A program made the position numbers and the translations under genes. Source: the human T2T-CHM13v2.0 reference genome, Homo sapiens. Taken from it: 64,000 nt of DNA. Below, piece after piece: positions 27,751 through 41,139 of this stretch. The DNA lies in NCBI RefSeq assembly GCF_009914755.1, contig NC_060947.1. The stretch is one strand, 5' to 3'. The notes beneath the pieces were generated by a model that did no database searches, was not told where the DNA came from, and saw only the letters and a program-made list of their open reading frames with translations. The number at the start of each line of letters is the position of its first letter. Positions within the stretch are counted from its first letter, which is position 1.

Positions 27751-28973
27751 TACTCTGATTAGGATTATGATCATGTGTCCAGATATTTCTGACAGCCCCT
27801 TAACAGGTTACTGGTCTTTCCTAAACAACAATACTTTCAAAATCAAACTGGCTGTTTCAAAAATGGAGAGGGACATTCTTTATTGTACTTAGTACTTTAA
27901 AATATGAAGGCATTTCCACAAGCTATTGAGCAACATTTTTACCAATACCAGAGGCCACTGCGCAAAAATGTAAAAAAAAACAAAGGATTGAGCCTCAGAG
28001 GTACAAACTCTAGGAATTTAACAAATTTATACTCGCAGTCGTTACATGAATGCTTCTGAGAACAGTAGTTTTTCTCCCAGCGTTATTTGTATCTTAACTT
28101 GTTTAAAATATTCATTTTAATGAATGAATGGAATACATCAAGGATTAACATTATTGACTGCAAGTTGCCTTTATATAATACCTGGCATGCAGATATAACA
28201 GGTAAAAATCATAGTATGCTTGTATGTGTTAAGTACTGTTTTAACGTTTATACATACACTAACTCGTTTAATTCACAGAACAACCTTAGGAAGTAGATGT
28301 TCATATTGAGCCCATTTTATAGATGAAGACGTTGAGGAACAGAGGTTACATAAAATATGAAGGAAAGACACATTGAACTGTGGACTCTGTCATGGCCCCC
28401 TTGCGAGGTTATTAACTTCTTTTGTGAAGTAAATTGCATGATATGCCCCTGCACAGAGTACTACTGTTTTGCCAAGTGTGAAGGTAATGGTTTGGGCATG
28501 TTCATCTGCAATTTATTATGAGAAATGGTGTTGGTTTTGTATTGTGTAAAGTTACTCTATCAACCTAAACTTCATATGGAAGGTGAACAATTCTAGCCCA
28601 ACCACATTAACTCATTTCACTCGTGAAAATATTCATAGCTGGAGATTATAATTGATTGTGTAGGAAAGACTTATCTACCTAGAAGCAGAAGCAGGTTTAG
28701 AAAGTAACAGCAACATTACAGGCCTTTCCTGGGAATTTGTGTGCCCTGTGTGTAGCTTCCCTTTGTGTCTCCATGTCTAAGTGGTGTCCAATCCCCAGAA
28801 ACAGCTGTGAACTGGGAAAGAGGTGGGGGTGAAAGGCCCATTTCAGAGCCCTGCACTCCTCACAGCTGAGCACAGCTTTCACCCCAGGGTTCCTCTGTGG
28901 GGAACATGAAAACACCCGAAAATCCTTCAGCTGCCTTTCCCTGGAAGTTGCCACAATCAGCTACTATACTGAA

Positions 28974-29131
28974 CAGTGCTGGTTTTATGGGCACGTGACC
29001 TGTGCAGTTGCACAGGCCCCTGCTTGCTTTAATGATGTGTTGTTGCCATCTTAAATGCTTAATGATTTTTGAACCAGTTGTCCCTCATTTTCATTTTTCA
29101 CTGTACTTCACAAATTATATGGCTGATCCTA
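28974..29131. mobile_element. MER91A-like hAT MITE
   Basis: cagtgctggttttatgggcacgtgacctgtgcagttgcacaggccc...cacaaattatatggctgatcct resembles the MER91A consensus as recalled. Confidence 0.65.
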
Positions 29132-30744
29132 AAACTGTTTTTAGTACTTAAAAAAAAAATTTCTAGCAAGCAGAGTGCCAGGAAGTGTAGCTGGTGGCTG
29201 GTAATAAAAACAGATGACATTGCCATAAGAGTGAGCTTAGGGTAATGCAAACTGCATGAGACACTGGGGTTGGACAAGCCTAGGCTTGAAATTTGCCCCA
29301 CCTCTGCCTTGCTGTGTGACCTTAAGTAAGGTTCATAGTCTCTCCGATCCTCAGTTTCCACACCTGCAAATTGGGGATAATAGTATCTACTTTATACTCA
29401 CAACTTCCGAGAGGAGCCTAGGATAATCCTGTCTACCCACCCTTCTGGCTGTGGTTTAGGGTCCTTCCTCCGTGTTCCCAGAGCCTCTTGTTCTTACCCT
29501 TGCCAAAGCCCTCATTACACAATTTTGGAAATTATATTTCTGTATAACCATCTTCCCACTAGACTATGAGAACTTTGAGGACTTGGACAGAGCCTGGATT
29601 TTCCGTCTGTCCCCAGAACCTAGGGGCCCTAGGCCTTGGTAGGCAGAAAGAAGTATTTCTTGGCTTAATGGTAATAGTATAAGCTACATGCTTAATAAAG
29701 AATAACAACTAATATACAAAATATGTGTTGGAAATAATATGTAAGAAGTGTGTAAACCCAAGATATTTCCCTACTTAAATTTTCTTCACTCAGAGAGGGC
29801 GTGGCCTTTTACCCTTTTTTCAGAACCATCAAGAGCCAGTGTTTTCCCAATATCTTACTTCATAGTGTAACTGGCAACTTCTGTTACTCCCTCAGTCTCA
29901 GATTTGGCCTCACAGTGGACCTGCACTGGACATGGCACTGAAGGCTTCCCAAACACAGTGTTATTGATGCTAAATAGGCCGTCAAGAAATATTTGTTGAA
30001 TAAATGCCTTGTTAGATTAATAGAAGCCAGCTAATTACATTATTTTATTTTATAGGTAAAAGGATTCTATATCATTTGGTCTTATACTGGCAAAATCGAG
30101 GACATGAGCTAAGAAGTCAGTGGAATTGTCAAGTTCAAGGAGCATGTTCACACACACACAAAGAGCCCACTCTCCCGGTGTTCTGTTTTTTCTATGACCA
30201 CTCATTTCCAGTCAATTTCACTTTCTTCTCCTCTCCTGTGTTCCATTTTCACATCAATACACTATATTGCAAATGCCATCAAATTCATCAGATACAGACT
30301 TTTATTGAGCTTCTCAGGTTGTGTGACTGCCTTCCCAAACAGAATGTGAGCTTCTTGAGGGCAGGGAACATGCTATCTTGGTCATTACAAAAAACAGAAT
30401 CTAAAATAATGCCTAAAATATGGTAGGAGTCACTGAATAGTTGTTGAATTAATTAATCTGTTGTGACACATATGAAAAAATATCTGCCTTTCAATTTGAG
30501 GATCGTTGTATAGGCACCATTATTCTATAGACACTACCTGTATAGGCAATATGTGTGTGGCTTTTTTTATCAGTTACCAGATGCATTCTGATATTCAGCT
30601 GTAAGGAATTGAGAGAGGATTATTCCAATTCCTCTTTCTACAGCATTTTTGTATAGTAAGTAGTACAGTTTTCAGTACACACCTTAAATAAGGATAGTGT
30701 TCCCCAAACCACAGGCATTCATAAGAAACCTTTAGGATTTCTTA

Positions 30745-30903
30745 AAATTTTCTTTCTTTGTGTCTTTCCCTTTCTTTCCTTTTTACTTGCTTTCTCATTA
30801 TCTTTGCCTCTTCTCTCTCTCCCTCCATCTTTCCCTCTTCTCTTTCTCCCTCCATCTTTCCCTCCCTCTCTTCCCGCTTCCCCTTCTTCTTTCCTTCCTT
30901 CCA
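30745..30903. repeat. CT-rich low-complexity tract
   Basis: Nearly pure pyrimidine run with a duplicated ctccctccatctttccct motif. Confidence 0.85.
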
Positions 30904-31230
30904 TTGTATGGATAGTCCACAATTTTTATTTATCCAAACACATTAATGGATATTTGATTTGTTTTCATGTTTGGGCTATTACAAATAAAGCTTCCATGAA
31001 CATTCATGTACAGATACTTGTATAGACAAGTTTTCTTTCCTCTTGAGTAAATACCTAATAGTGAAATAGCTGGGTCATGGTAAGTATTTGTTTAACTTTT
31101 TAAGAAACGGCCAAGTTGTTTTTCAAACTGTATGTAGAGTTTTATATTCCCACTGGCAGTGTATGAGTCCAATTCCTCCACAGCCTTGCCAACAATTGAT
31201 GGGGGCAGACATTAAAATTTTAGACACTCT

Positions 31231-31635
31231 ACCATCAATGATAGACTAGATTAAGAAAATGTGGCACATATACACCATGGAATACTATGCAGCCATAAAA
31301 AAGGATGAGTTCATGTCCTTTGTAGGGACACAGATGAAGCTGGAAACCATCATTCTCAGCAAACTATCACAAGGACAGAAAACCAAACACCGCATGTTCT
31401 CACTCATAGGTGGGAATTGAACAATGAGAACACTTGGACACAGGGTGGGGAACATCACACACTGGGGCCTGTTGTGGGATGGGGGGATGGGGGAGGGATA
31501 GCATTAGGAGAAATACCTAATGTGAATGACGAGTTATGGGTGCAGCAAACCAACATGGCACATGTATACATACGTAACAAACCTGCATGTTGAGCACATG
31601 TACCCTAGAACTTAAAGTATAATTTTAAAAAAAAT
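31231..31635 (+). mobile_element. Short 5'-truncated young L1PA (PA4/5-like) 3' end
   Basis: accatcaatgatagactagattaagaaaatgtggcac...cttaaagtataat plus A tail. TSD ttttagacactcta / ttttagacattcta. Confidence 0.9.
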
Positions 31636-31654
31636 TTTTTAGACATTCTAATAG

Positions 31655-32014
<360 letters not shown>

Positions 32015-33586
32015 TCTCATGTTTTTTATATGAATTTTCCCAATGGCTAATGATGTTGAATATCTTTTCACATGCTACTTTGTAAATACTCTGGCAATTA
32101 TTTATTGGGTTGTTCGTTTTCTTACTTTGAGTTCTGAGAGTTCTTTATATATTCTGGATACAAGTCTTCTGTTAGATATGTGACTTGCAAATATCTTTTC
32201 TCACTCTATTGCTTATCTTCTTATTTTTATAGTGCCTTTTGAAGAACAGAAATTTTTAATTTTAATGAAGTCCTGTTTTATAAATCAGGCTTTTGGTGTC
32301 GTATCTAAGAAATATTTTTCTAATTCAAGGTCACAAAGCTTTTGTTCTACATTTTTCTCAAATTTTTATATATTTAGCTCTCATATTTAGTTTTATGATC
32401 TAGGTTGAGTTAATTTTTAGATATCACTCAAGGTATAGATCAACATTCATATTTTATTTTTGGATGTGGATAACCACTGGTTCCAGGACCATTTATTGAA
32501 AAGATTAACTTTTTCCCACTGAATTGTCTTTGTACTTTTGTTGAAAATCAATTGACCATATATGTGCTGACATTTCTGGACTCTATTATATTACATTGAA
32601 TTTCAAAGAGTCAGTAGCACACTATTTTGATAACTGTTACTTTACAATAAGTCAAAAAAACAGTTTCTTCCTTTTCAAGGTTGTTCTGGCAATTTCAGCT
32701 CTTTTATAATTCAATAAAAATTTTAGAGCCAGCTTATCCATTTCTACTAAAAAATCTTGAGATTTATTAAGTATAATTTGAGATATAATATGCCACATAT
32801 ATTTAAAGTACACAAATTTGATATGTTTTGATATATGTATATATATGAAAACCATGAACCATCACCACAATCAAGATAATCAATATATTCATCAAACTCC
32901 AAAAGTTTTCTCCTGCTTAACTGTAATCCCTTCCTCTTTTCCTATACCCTTACCCTGTTCGTAGGCAATCAATTATCAGCAGTCTGTCACTACAGATTAA
33001 TTTGCATTTTCTAAAGTTTTATATAAATGGAATCATACAGTATGTATACTTTTATGCTCTGGCTTCTTTCACTCAGGATACTTACTTTGAGATACATCCA
33101 TGTTGTTGCATATGTCAATACATTATACCGTTTTAATCAATGAGTGGCATTATATGTATATACCAAGATTTATTTAATCATTTACCTGTTGAAGGACATT
33201 TGGGTTCTGTTTAATTTTTGACTATTACAAACTACTATGAATATTTCTGTATGTATTTGTAAGGACATATGCTTTTCCTTTTCATGAGTGAATACCTAGG
33301 TGATGAATGACCTAGGAGATAAACATAATAGGAATATGTTTAATTTTGTAAGAAACCTCCAAATATTTTTCAAAGTGGTGGTATCATTTTACACTCCCAC
33401 CACCACTATGTGAGGGTTCCTGTTCCCTTACATCCTTGTCAAGCCTTAATATCGTTTGTGTTTATAAATTTTCACATTCTAACTGTGTAATGGTAGCACA
33501 TTGGGGTTTTAGTTTGCATTTCCTTAATAACAAATGAGGTTTGTCTTTTTTATGTGCTTGTCAGTAACATATTTTCATTTGTGAAG

Positions 33587-34046
33587 TGTGCAAACAAACG
33601 TGAACCTAAAACAGCCAGTCCTTCAAGATGGATTTTGAGTGGCTAACAGGACCTAAATTTAAAATACAGCCAAGCGGCCATTTGCTGACTAGAGATCACA
33701 CAGGTACTCTTGAGTTTCCTGGAAAACTCACGCCTTTGTTTACCTTTGGGGCTTTCAGAGCTCACCTGAACTAACCAATCAGAGCCCACCTGCCTTAGCC
33801 AATGAGCGCTCAGTTGTATCAACCAGTCAGAGCTCAGCTGTGTTCACCAATCAAAACCAAGCAAGTCTGAATCCTTCATTTGTATAAAAGGTCCTGACTG
33901 GGAACCTGAGTAGGAACTTTCTCTATGAAAGCCAAACCATCTCTTTGTTCTCTGGAATACACTTTCGTTTTACACAGAAGGCTGTGTCTGTTTGCAAACT
34001 GTTAAGTCTTTCCTCCACATTCCTTTTCAGAGAACTTTTGTTTACA
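33587..34046 (+). mobile_element. ERV1 LTR (MER67-like) acting as 5' LTR, followed by a degenerate tRNA-Leu primer-binding site at 34051-34068
   Basis: TG...CA ends with tandem CCAAT units (accaatcagagc). PBS tagtgtcagaaacaggat vs canonical TGGTGTCAGAAGTGGGAT. Confidence 0.7.
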
Positions 34047-34478
34047 TTCTTAGTGTCAGAAACAGGATTTGAAGCCATCCCCAACTACTCCCAGTGCCAT
34101 CTGAGACAAGGTATAAGTGCCTGCAAGAGCCTCCTGAGGTCAGTTGTCTTCTTACTGGTGCCAGGGCTTCAGGGATAGGCTAGGGTAATTTCTCTCAAAT
34201 TCGGACCTCCTACCCCTTGTTTAAGGTCTCAGAGACTTTATTCCTTTCCTGTAGGTTCCCTCCATCCAGACCCCAGAGGAGACCTTCCTTTTGTCTCCTG
34301 GCTGGGATGGGGCATGGGAGGCTTGGGAGAGTGGCCTTCCCAGCCAGTTCCCCCTATCTGGACTCTGGAGGGGGCATTCCCTGTTGGCCCCAGGCTTAGT
34401 GGGGGGCCTTCCAAGTCTCAGCCAGTTCCCTCCATGTGGATCCCAGAGGTGGTCCTCCCAGTCACCCCAGGTTTAGAG

Positions 34479-35102
34479 TGTTGTGGGACTCGGGAGGACA
34501 AGAGAGACCTCGGGTTGAAACAGCAGAATCTTTATTGAGTGCACTCAGGCCCAGCTGACTCACATCCAAAAGACTGGGCCCAGAACAAAGACAGTACCTG
34601 ACTTTTATACACACTTTACAAAAGGGGGTGGGCTAGCTGGAAGCAAGCTCACAGTGGCATGAAAGCAGGGATACAGAGGCAGAACAAAGGCAGGATTGCA
34701 CATGACCATTGCCAAGCAACCCAGATGTTCGTTATCTAGGTTTGCCTGGGCATGGGCTTATCCCATAACCTTCACTATGGTGCCCAAGCAGCTGTAGTTC
34801 AGGCCTGCTCAGGCTTCTCATGATCTTCATTGTACCTCTTAGATAAAACAGAGTACTTGAAGTCACTAGTTACAGAGAACAAGAATCTATAAACTCATTT
34901 CATAAAACAAAGGAAAATTTGTTTTTCTTCTCCTTACGTTGAGGGAGTGCTGGGAGAGTCTCCAGAGCACATTAGATAATACTATCAAGACTTTTCCTGG
35001 GTCTGGGCTGTGCCTGTTGCTGCCTCTGGGACAAGTCGCCTAATACAGGACAACTTATTTCTCTTTCTTTTTAATTTTCTTTTTCTTTAATTTCCCGCCT
35101 CA
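34479..35102 (-). mobile_element. Solo ERV1 LTR (LTR9-like) inserted into the ERV leader
   Basis: Minus strand begins TGAGGCGGGAAATTAAAGAAAAAG and ends ...CAACA. Poly(A) signal seen as tttatt at ~34531; near-TSD agag/atag. Confidence 0.75.
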
Positions 35103-35202
35103 ATAGGGGGTCCTTCCCAGCCCAACTCAGCTGGTCTATAAGGTTTTCTGGGGATGCTCATGCTACAGGCAATGACAGGGAGGCATTCGTCATGTCAGTG
35201 CA

Positions 35203-35740
35203 ATGGGTAACCCATATTTTAAGTTTTTCCTTGATCAGCTGCCTTCTGGCACTCCAGCTTGATTTACGAGCAAAAATTATGGTCCAGGGAACTGTAATTG
35301 GCTAGGTCTCTGGACAAAAATTATGCAGGACAATCTTTAACTTTATTGGCCAAATGGGGCTTCTTTGAAATTCCAAAACCTGACTATGTGCAGGCACAAT
35401 TAGAAGAAAGAAAACATGGAACATTCCAGAGACAATGGGAAACCTTTTTTTCAACTGGTACTTTGAAAGTTCTAAATGGAATCAAGGGGCTACCATTGCC
35501 TCTTAGGGAAAATAATTCCCAATTGAGTGAGTGCCTTAATGAAACAGAGAGAAGTGCTTGTCAGATTGAAACTAAAGCTGGAAAAAAGAAGCCCGCTCTG
35601 GAAGAACCTTCTTCCACTAGCTTCCCCTTGCCTGCCACTCGGCCTGTCTTCTGCACCTTTTTTCCCACCTCTGCTTTATCTTTCACTCCCTCCTTCCTCT
35701 TCTACTCTTTGATTTTGAAGGGATTACATTTTCTCTAGAC
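35203..35740 (+). pseudogene. Decayed ERV1 (MER4-group-like) gag matrix remnant
   Basis: MGNPYFKFFLDQLPSGTPA*FTSKNYGPGNCNWLGLWTK... then frameshifted WGFFEIPKPDYVQAQLEE...QRQWETFF; myristoylation-type MG start. Confidence 0.6.
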
Positions 35741-37725
35741 TCATCTGTATGTTTTCTTGTAAAATTCTGTGATAAATTCCCATGATTTTATGTTACCTTG
35801 GTATCCATTTCAGTCTTCCTCTAAAACACCCAAACTACTTGAAAAAGCCTAAATTTTCTGTGCTTTGAAATGTAAATTTGTTGCCCTGTTCTCTAAAATT
35901 CGGTAAAGGCATCAGCCATGTGGGACAGACAAATGTCAGTTTATTCCATTTACAGAGAAATAGTTTGAATCTAACTGTTCTTTAAACTATGAGTTTTACC
36001 TGACTCATAGCTACAGGCTTAGGATTAAAGCTACAAGATCTTTTTTGTCTGTCTGTATTTTCTTTGTGTGTGTGTGTATATGTATATATCTGTATATTGT
36101 CTACAGAACCAAATTGGCTTATAAATAAATGAATACTCGTAAATTAAGCAAATAAACGCAAATGCTTTTCAAGTTCATGTGACAGCCATCTTTTGGTGGA
36201 TGGGACTGGTCTAATATTGTTGGTTTGGTGGCAATGGCTATGTCTTCTGAGTCATTAGAAAAATACGTATATATTTAAATTTAGGGTTCTTTTATACTTA
36301 TCTGGCATACAGTAATGTAAAATTGTTGACAGAAAATTTTGTTTACGCTAGTGGCTAGATTTTTCTAGTGTCTCATGAAGTCTTCTAGATGTAATTGTTA
36401 AGAGTGAATGAATTGAATGGATGTAAATGGGATAAAAGTTTGTAAATGAACTTTTGAAAATGGTTATGTTTCATAATATGTTTACTTGGGAGGACGTTCA
36501 TTCAATTGAATTAGATCATTTCCAGATAAGATGTAATTCTGAGACATTGGTTACTGAATACGAGTTCAGGCTCATATGCTTTTGGCTTCTTATTTGAAAG
36601 AAACAAAAGTCATTTGAGTCTGTTGGTAAATATGTCCTGTTCCATATTAAAAGGATATTCTGTTAGCCTATGTTTCTGGAAATTGTAAAATGTGTATTCA
36701 TGGATTGTTGGTACATGATTGGCAGTTAAAAATTGCTTAAGTCCCAGGTTTTCACTGAAGATTAGGGTTACTAAGAGTTAACATTTTAATTAATGTGTGT
36801 GATTAAACAGACGAGAAATACAGTCTGTATGCAAGTATATGAGGAGAGTAGGATGTATATTTTGGTAAGATAGATTGAAGAGAAAAGAGAATAATTTTGT
36901 ATAAGAAATAATCTCTTGTGGTAAATTTTTGTCCTAAAGTGACTGATTATTTAAGAAAGAGGAAGTATAGGAGAAAGCAGAAAATCTAAACATGTTATAA
37001 ATTGTCTAAGCACATTATAATAGGCTTATGAAAAGAAAGTTTATAAAAGGAATTTTCTGTGTGATCAGGTTGGCTATGATTGAAAGGAAAATTTTTATTG
37101 GTCTTTCTAAGGATTGAGCTTTGATGTTTAGAAATGCACTGATGCAGAATTTTAAAATCTAATCCCCTGTGTTAGAACAAGATTTTCTTAAAATATTGAT
37201 TTGCTCTTAGTAAAGTTGCAGGATGTTTTTATTTTTAATTCCAAAATCTCTTCCCTTAACAGCCATCCTTCAAATTATAAACAGTTTTTATTTATGCCAC
37301 ATTTCTTTCTTAGATCTACCTAATTTTCCTAGTTTCAGGTTAGAAATGCAGCTGTCCTTTTTACCCTTGAAAAGCTATATCGTTTTGCTTGGCTGGGGTA
37401 ATAATCCTCTCCTTCAACCTTTTCATCACCTCCTGTAATTTTTTCTCCAGTTCTAACACGGATGTTATGGCCTGATGCTAAAATGTTTATCTTGAAAGTC
37501 TAGAAAGACAATGTTTCCTTCAGTACAACTTGATTCTGTACTTTTGACTTCTGTTGATGTTTCTGAATTGTTCCATGTAATCAGGAAATTTCCCATGCTG
37601 TTACTAAAAACCATGTATTCCCCTCTGCTCAAGGTACTAGTTTTCTTGTTTCCATCCCTCTTTAATATAGTGTACACCCATAATCCTGGACACACTTTTC
37701 CTGTGTCTGATTAAATTCAGGTACC
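35741..37725 (+). mobile_element. AT-rich MER4-group-type ERV internal non-coding region
   Basis: Characteristic AT-rich internal sequence (tatgttaccttggtatccattt..., gttatggcctgatgctaaaatgtttatcttgaaagtctagaaag). Confidence 0.6.
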
Positions 37726-37726
37726 C

Positions 37727-37820
37727 TCATTTAGGTCCGTGGGCACAGGCCTGAGGGTGGAGCCCTCACCAGGGACTCCGCCCTTCTCTATCCAGCAGTT
37801 CCTTGCCCTACTCCCGCATC
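37727..37820 (-). mobile_element. ~95-bp 5' fragment of an LTR1/LTR27/LTR28/MER52-group LTR
   Basis: Minus strand TGATGCGGGAGTAGGGCAAGGAACTGCTGGATAGAGAAGGGCGGAGTCCCTGGTGAGGGCTCCACCCTCAGGCCTGTGCCCACGGACCTAA. Confidence 0.55.
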
Positions 37821-37862
37821 ACCATCACTGCTTTTTCCAGCATTGTTTCAGTGAAGTTCTGG

Positions 37863-37952
37863 GAGAAAAGTTTTTAAGTTGTCTGTATTGCTTATATGAA
37901 TATATGTGAGAAAAGTTTTTAAGTTGTCTGTATTGCTTATATGAATATATGT
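37863..37952. repeat. Perfect 45-bp tandem duplication
   Basis: gagaaaagtttttaagttgtctgtattgcttatatgaatatatgt x2. Confidence 0.95.
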
Positions 37953-38117
37953 GCTGCTCTCCTTTTGAATGTTGCTTCTGTACTAGTCATAATTATACTA
38001 ACCACATGGGTTGCTGTCAACATTCAATATTTGCGTTATTTTGCTGCTTAGTTTTACATCTTTCAGGCCACATTTCAAACTCAGCTCGTTTGTTGTCCCT
38101 CCAGCAGTACTTGAGAC

Positions 38118-38130
38118 TGCCACCTAGTGG
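38118..38130 (-). promoter_or_regulatory. Candidate CTCF site
   Basis: TGCCACCTAGTGG (reverse complement CCACTAGGTGGCA) fits the CTCF core consensus. Confidence 0.55.
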
Positions 38131-38449
38131 ACGTTTATTTGCTGATCGAGTTTTCTGTTTACAAAATTTTCTCCATTTTCAGGAGCACATTAACAGTACC
38201 CCATTCCTCCAGGCTTTATGCATTTTCAGACTCCTTCAGATTGTCCTTCAATAGACTTTCTTTGCTGAACAAAAGATGCTCAGTCATGTGGACGCCCAGT
38301 TGCGGGGATTTCACCGGTGAATTCCAGGTATTATAACTGGCAAACCAGTGAGGTACAGAAAGGCTTGTTGGGGAGACATTCCAGCTCCCCAGCTGGCAGC
38401 AGGGGCCATCTTGGTCGTGCCTGGAGATGTCCAGTGTCGGTGAGACTTA

Positions 38450-39316
38450 GGATGGTGCATGGCAAATGCTCATTACCTCCTAGGGCTTCAGTTTTATGGG
38501 GATTCAAGGGGACTCCCTGGACCCCACCATGGTCCAGCTTTGCTCTTAGGGACACCCATGGCCTCCTGGATTTCAATATATGTTTCAAGCAGAACCCCTT
38601 ATTCCCTTAGGTTTAGTCCTATCCTCTCTGTTGGGATTAGCAGGGTCAGCTATGGGAGTTGGAGCCTTGGGAAGCCAGCATAAACTGTCTCAGGAGACTG
38701 CAGCGGCCCTCCAACAAACAGCAAAGGACCTAACTAGGCTTCAACAACAGCTAGACTCCCTGGTGCTATAGTCCTACAGAATCAAAGAGCCTTAGATCTC
38801 CTCACAGCTAAATAAGGAAGAATATTTTTGTATCTAAGAGAAAAATGCCATTTTTATATCAACCTGTCTGGTCTGGTCCAAGAAAATATTAAAAATATTA
38901 TTTTCCAGGCAGACAAAATTGAATCTTTAGGAACTTCTGTGGAAACTTAGAAGCAATGGCTATTATCTGCCCTGCTTCCCTTAATATAAGTGGCAATTAT
39001 TACCATACTTTTAGCCTTAACTTTTGGGCTAACTTTGTTTAAAATTCTAACTGATTTCTTGCTCTCTAGCTTACAGCAATTCCAGGACCACATGATGGTT
39101 TTGCAAAGCTTCCAACCTTTAGCTGCTAATGAGCTATCTCATTTCTTGTCCACTGGTCCCATGAATGACATGGCTTACACTCCATTAGATCAGGCAAGAA
39201 GAGACTTTAGGGCCCAGCTAGGCAGGGACAATGTTGCACTGAGCAGGAAGCAGTTTCAGAAAAAATTACCTAGCCCCTCAACCTCCCATATGATTATGGG
39301 CCCTAAAATCTCTTAG
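38450..39316 (+). pseudogene. Decayed gammaretroviral-type env transmembrane subunit
   Basis: Fusion peptide LIPLGLVLSSLLGLAGSAMGVGALG, heptad LQQTAKDLTRLQQQLDSL, ISD VLQNQRALDLLTAK* (from 38771, frameshifted), anchor AIITILLALTFG. Followed by polypurine tract 39315-39324. Confidence 0.85.
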
Positions 39317-39325
39317 GTGGGGAAT

Positions 39326-39928
39326 TGAGGCAGGATAGGTGGTCAAGGAAGTGACCATGTCCTCGGGATGCAGCAACCATGGCGACCATACAGTCAACAC
39401 AATAAGCCCCAGCATTCGCATTGTAGTTAAGTTCATTCAAGCAAAGCTATCTCCAGTAGGGACTTTCCCGTCTAGAGAGGATGTGCATTTTGATTTTGCC
39501 TGTCCTCAAACTGACCCTTTGTTCATTATAATAGTAAATAAATACACCCCTGGGTGGAGATTTAAGATGCTAATGAGACATGTGACCTATGAACAAGCAT
39601 GTACAGCTACTGTGCATATACATTCAGAGGACCACCCAGAACATGCTTACTAGTAACATGTCTTCCCACTTCCTTATGAATAATCATGTAAGACTCCCAG
39701 AAAGGGAGTTTCCCCAGTAGTAATCAGCACTGTCTCATCCTTATGAGCAGCCCACCCTGAATTCTCTCTGTCTCAGGGTGTACTCTCTATTCTGCACTTA
39801 ACTTTCAAAATATTATTTTTCCTTTGCAATAAATTTCTCTATCTTGTGTCTCCTTTTCTGTGTGTCTCTTGTTTAAATTATTTTAAACTAAGAAGACAAG
39901 AACCAAGGTCTCACAACAGCCATCAACA
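39326..39928 (+). mobile_element. ERV1 3' LTR (~600 bp; family different from the 33587 LTR)
   Basis: Starts TGAGGCAGGATAGG right after the PPT, AATAAA at ~39828, ends ...catcaaca. Confidence 0.8.
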
Positions 39929-40669
39929 GTACCAAATCCATAAACCCCAAGGATTTTTTTCTGACAACTGTGATTTTAGCTTCTCTCTGGACTACAGCTA
40001 ATTTGTAGTATAACTATGGGCTATATATTTTGAAGATATGGCATAATGCTATTTCCCATTAATGGAAGCTTCCAAGTCAAGGGAAACTTCAAATCTGGTC
40101 ACACAGATTACAGTAATTTCACTATTGCAATTCTATTTATAATCAACATAATTGTATTTACTATAGTAGTAAAGGTAGAGTTGTTTTTATGACTTAATTT
40201 TCCTTTTTATATTTTCTGTCCAAGATCATGAGTCATTTGAAACTGTATTAGAGCCTCAATTCACCATGTAAAGTAATGCAAATGGTGTATTCTTTCCAGC
40301 TGTAGTTCACATGTCAGCAAAGGACACAAATGGAAAGTATCTTAACTCCTTCCTTCAACACTTGCTGCACCAGGTGTTACAGGAACAGTGATAAAACAGA
40401 CAAAAAGCTCACAGGAATAGAGAGAGAAAAAGACAGGTACACAATGACAACACAGTTTGATCAATGTTATACAGAGATAGATACTGGGATGAAGAATCAC
40501 AGAAAGTGGGTATTTTCCCTTGTCTGGTGGATCAGTAAAGACAGCCTAAAGGAAGATATATGTCCCTAAATTTTGTAATATGAGAAAGGCTTAACTAGAG
40601 ATGCAGCAGAAGATATTTCTAACAAAGAGAATAGCCGTTGCTGGAAAATTCAGAGTGGTTTGTTTAAAT

Positions 40670-40867
40670 TAGTGATTCCCAATCAGGGAAAATTTTGCCC
40701 TCCCCCTTCAGGGACATTTGGTAACAGCTGGAAATATTTTTGATTGTCACAACTGGGATTTTCCTACTAGTATCTAGTAGGTAGAGGAGCCAGGGGTGCT
40801 GCTAAACCCCACAATAAAGAATTATCTGGCCCAAAACGTCTATAGTACCCAAATTGAGAAATCCTGG
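40670..40867 (+). mobile_element. MER20
   Basis: agtgattcccaatcagggaaaattttgccc...agaattatctggcccaaaacgtc...ttgagaaatcctg. Confidence 0.75.
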
Positions 40868-41139
40868 TTTAAATAGATCATGAATCAGTGACAGAAATGT
40901 TTCCATTACTACCCACACAAGATTGAGTGATATGGAGTCATTCTGCAGATACTGGATTCAATATAATAATATGATTTTCCATAATAAATAGGAATTACTC
41001 ATTTATTGAGGCCTTAATTGTGTCAAAATAAAAAACTGTACTTGACAGAATATTATATACTCAATATTATATGCTCTGCAGGGACATATCATGCAGTTTT
41101 ACTTTGAAAAGTAGTTCATCAAACACTTTGCCAGGTAAG

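Noticed and set aside
38450-39316. Syncytin-like domesticated env near a placenta-expressed gene
   Set aside because: Frameshift before the ISD, several stops, damaged CX6CC motif, and most of SU missing.
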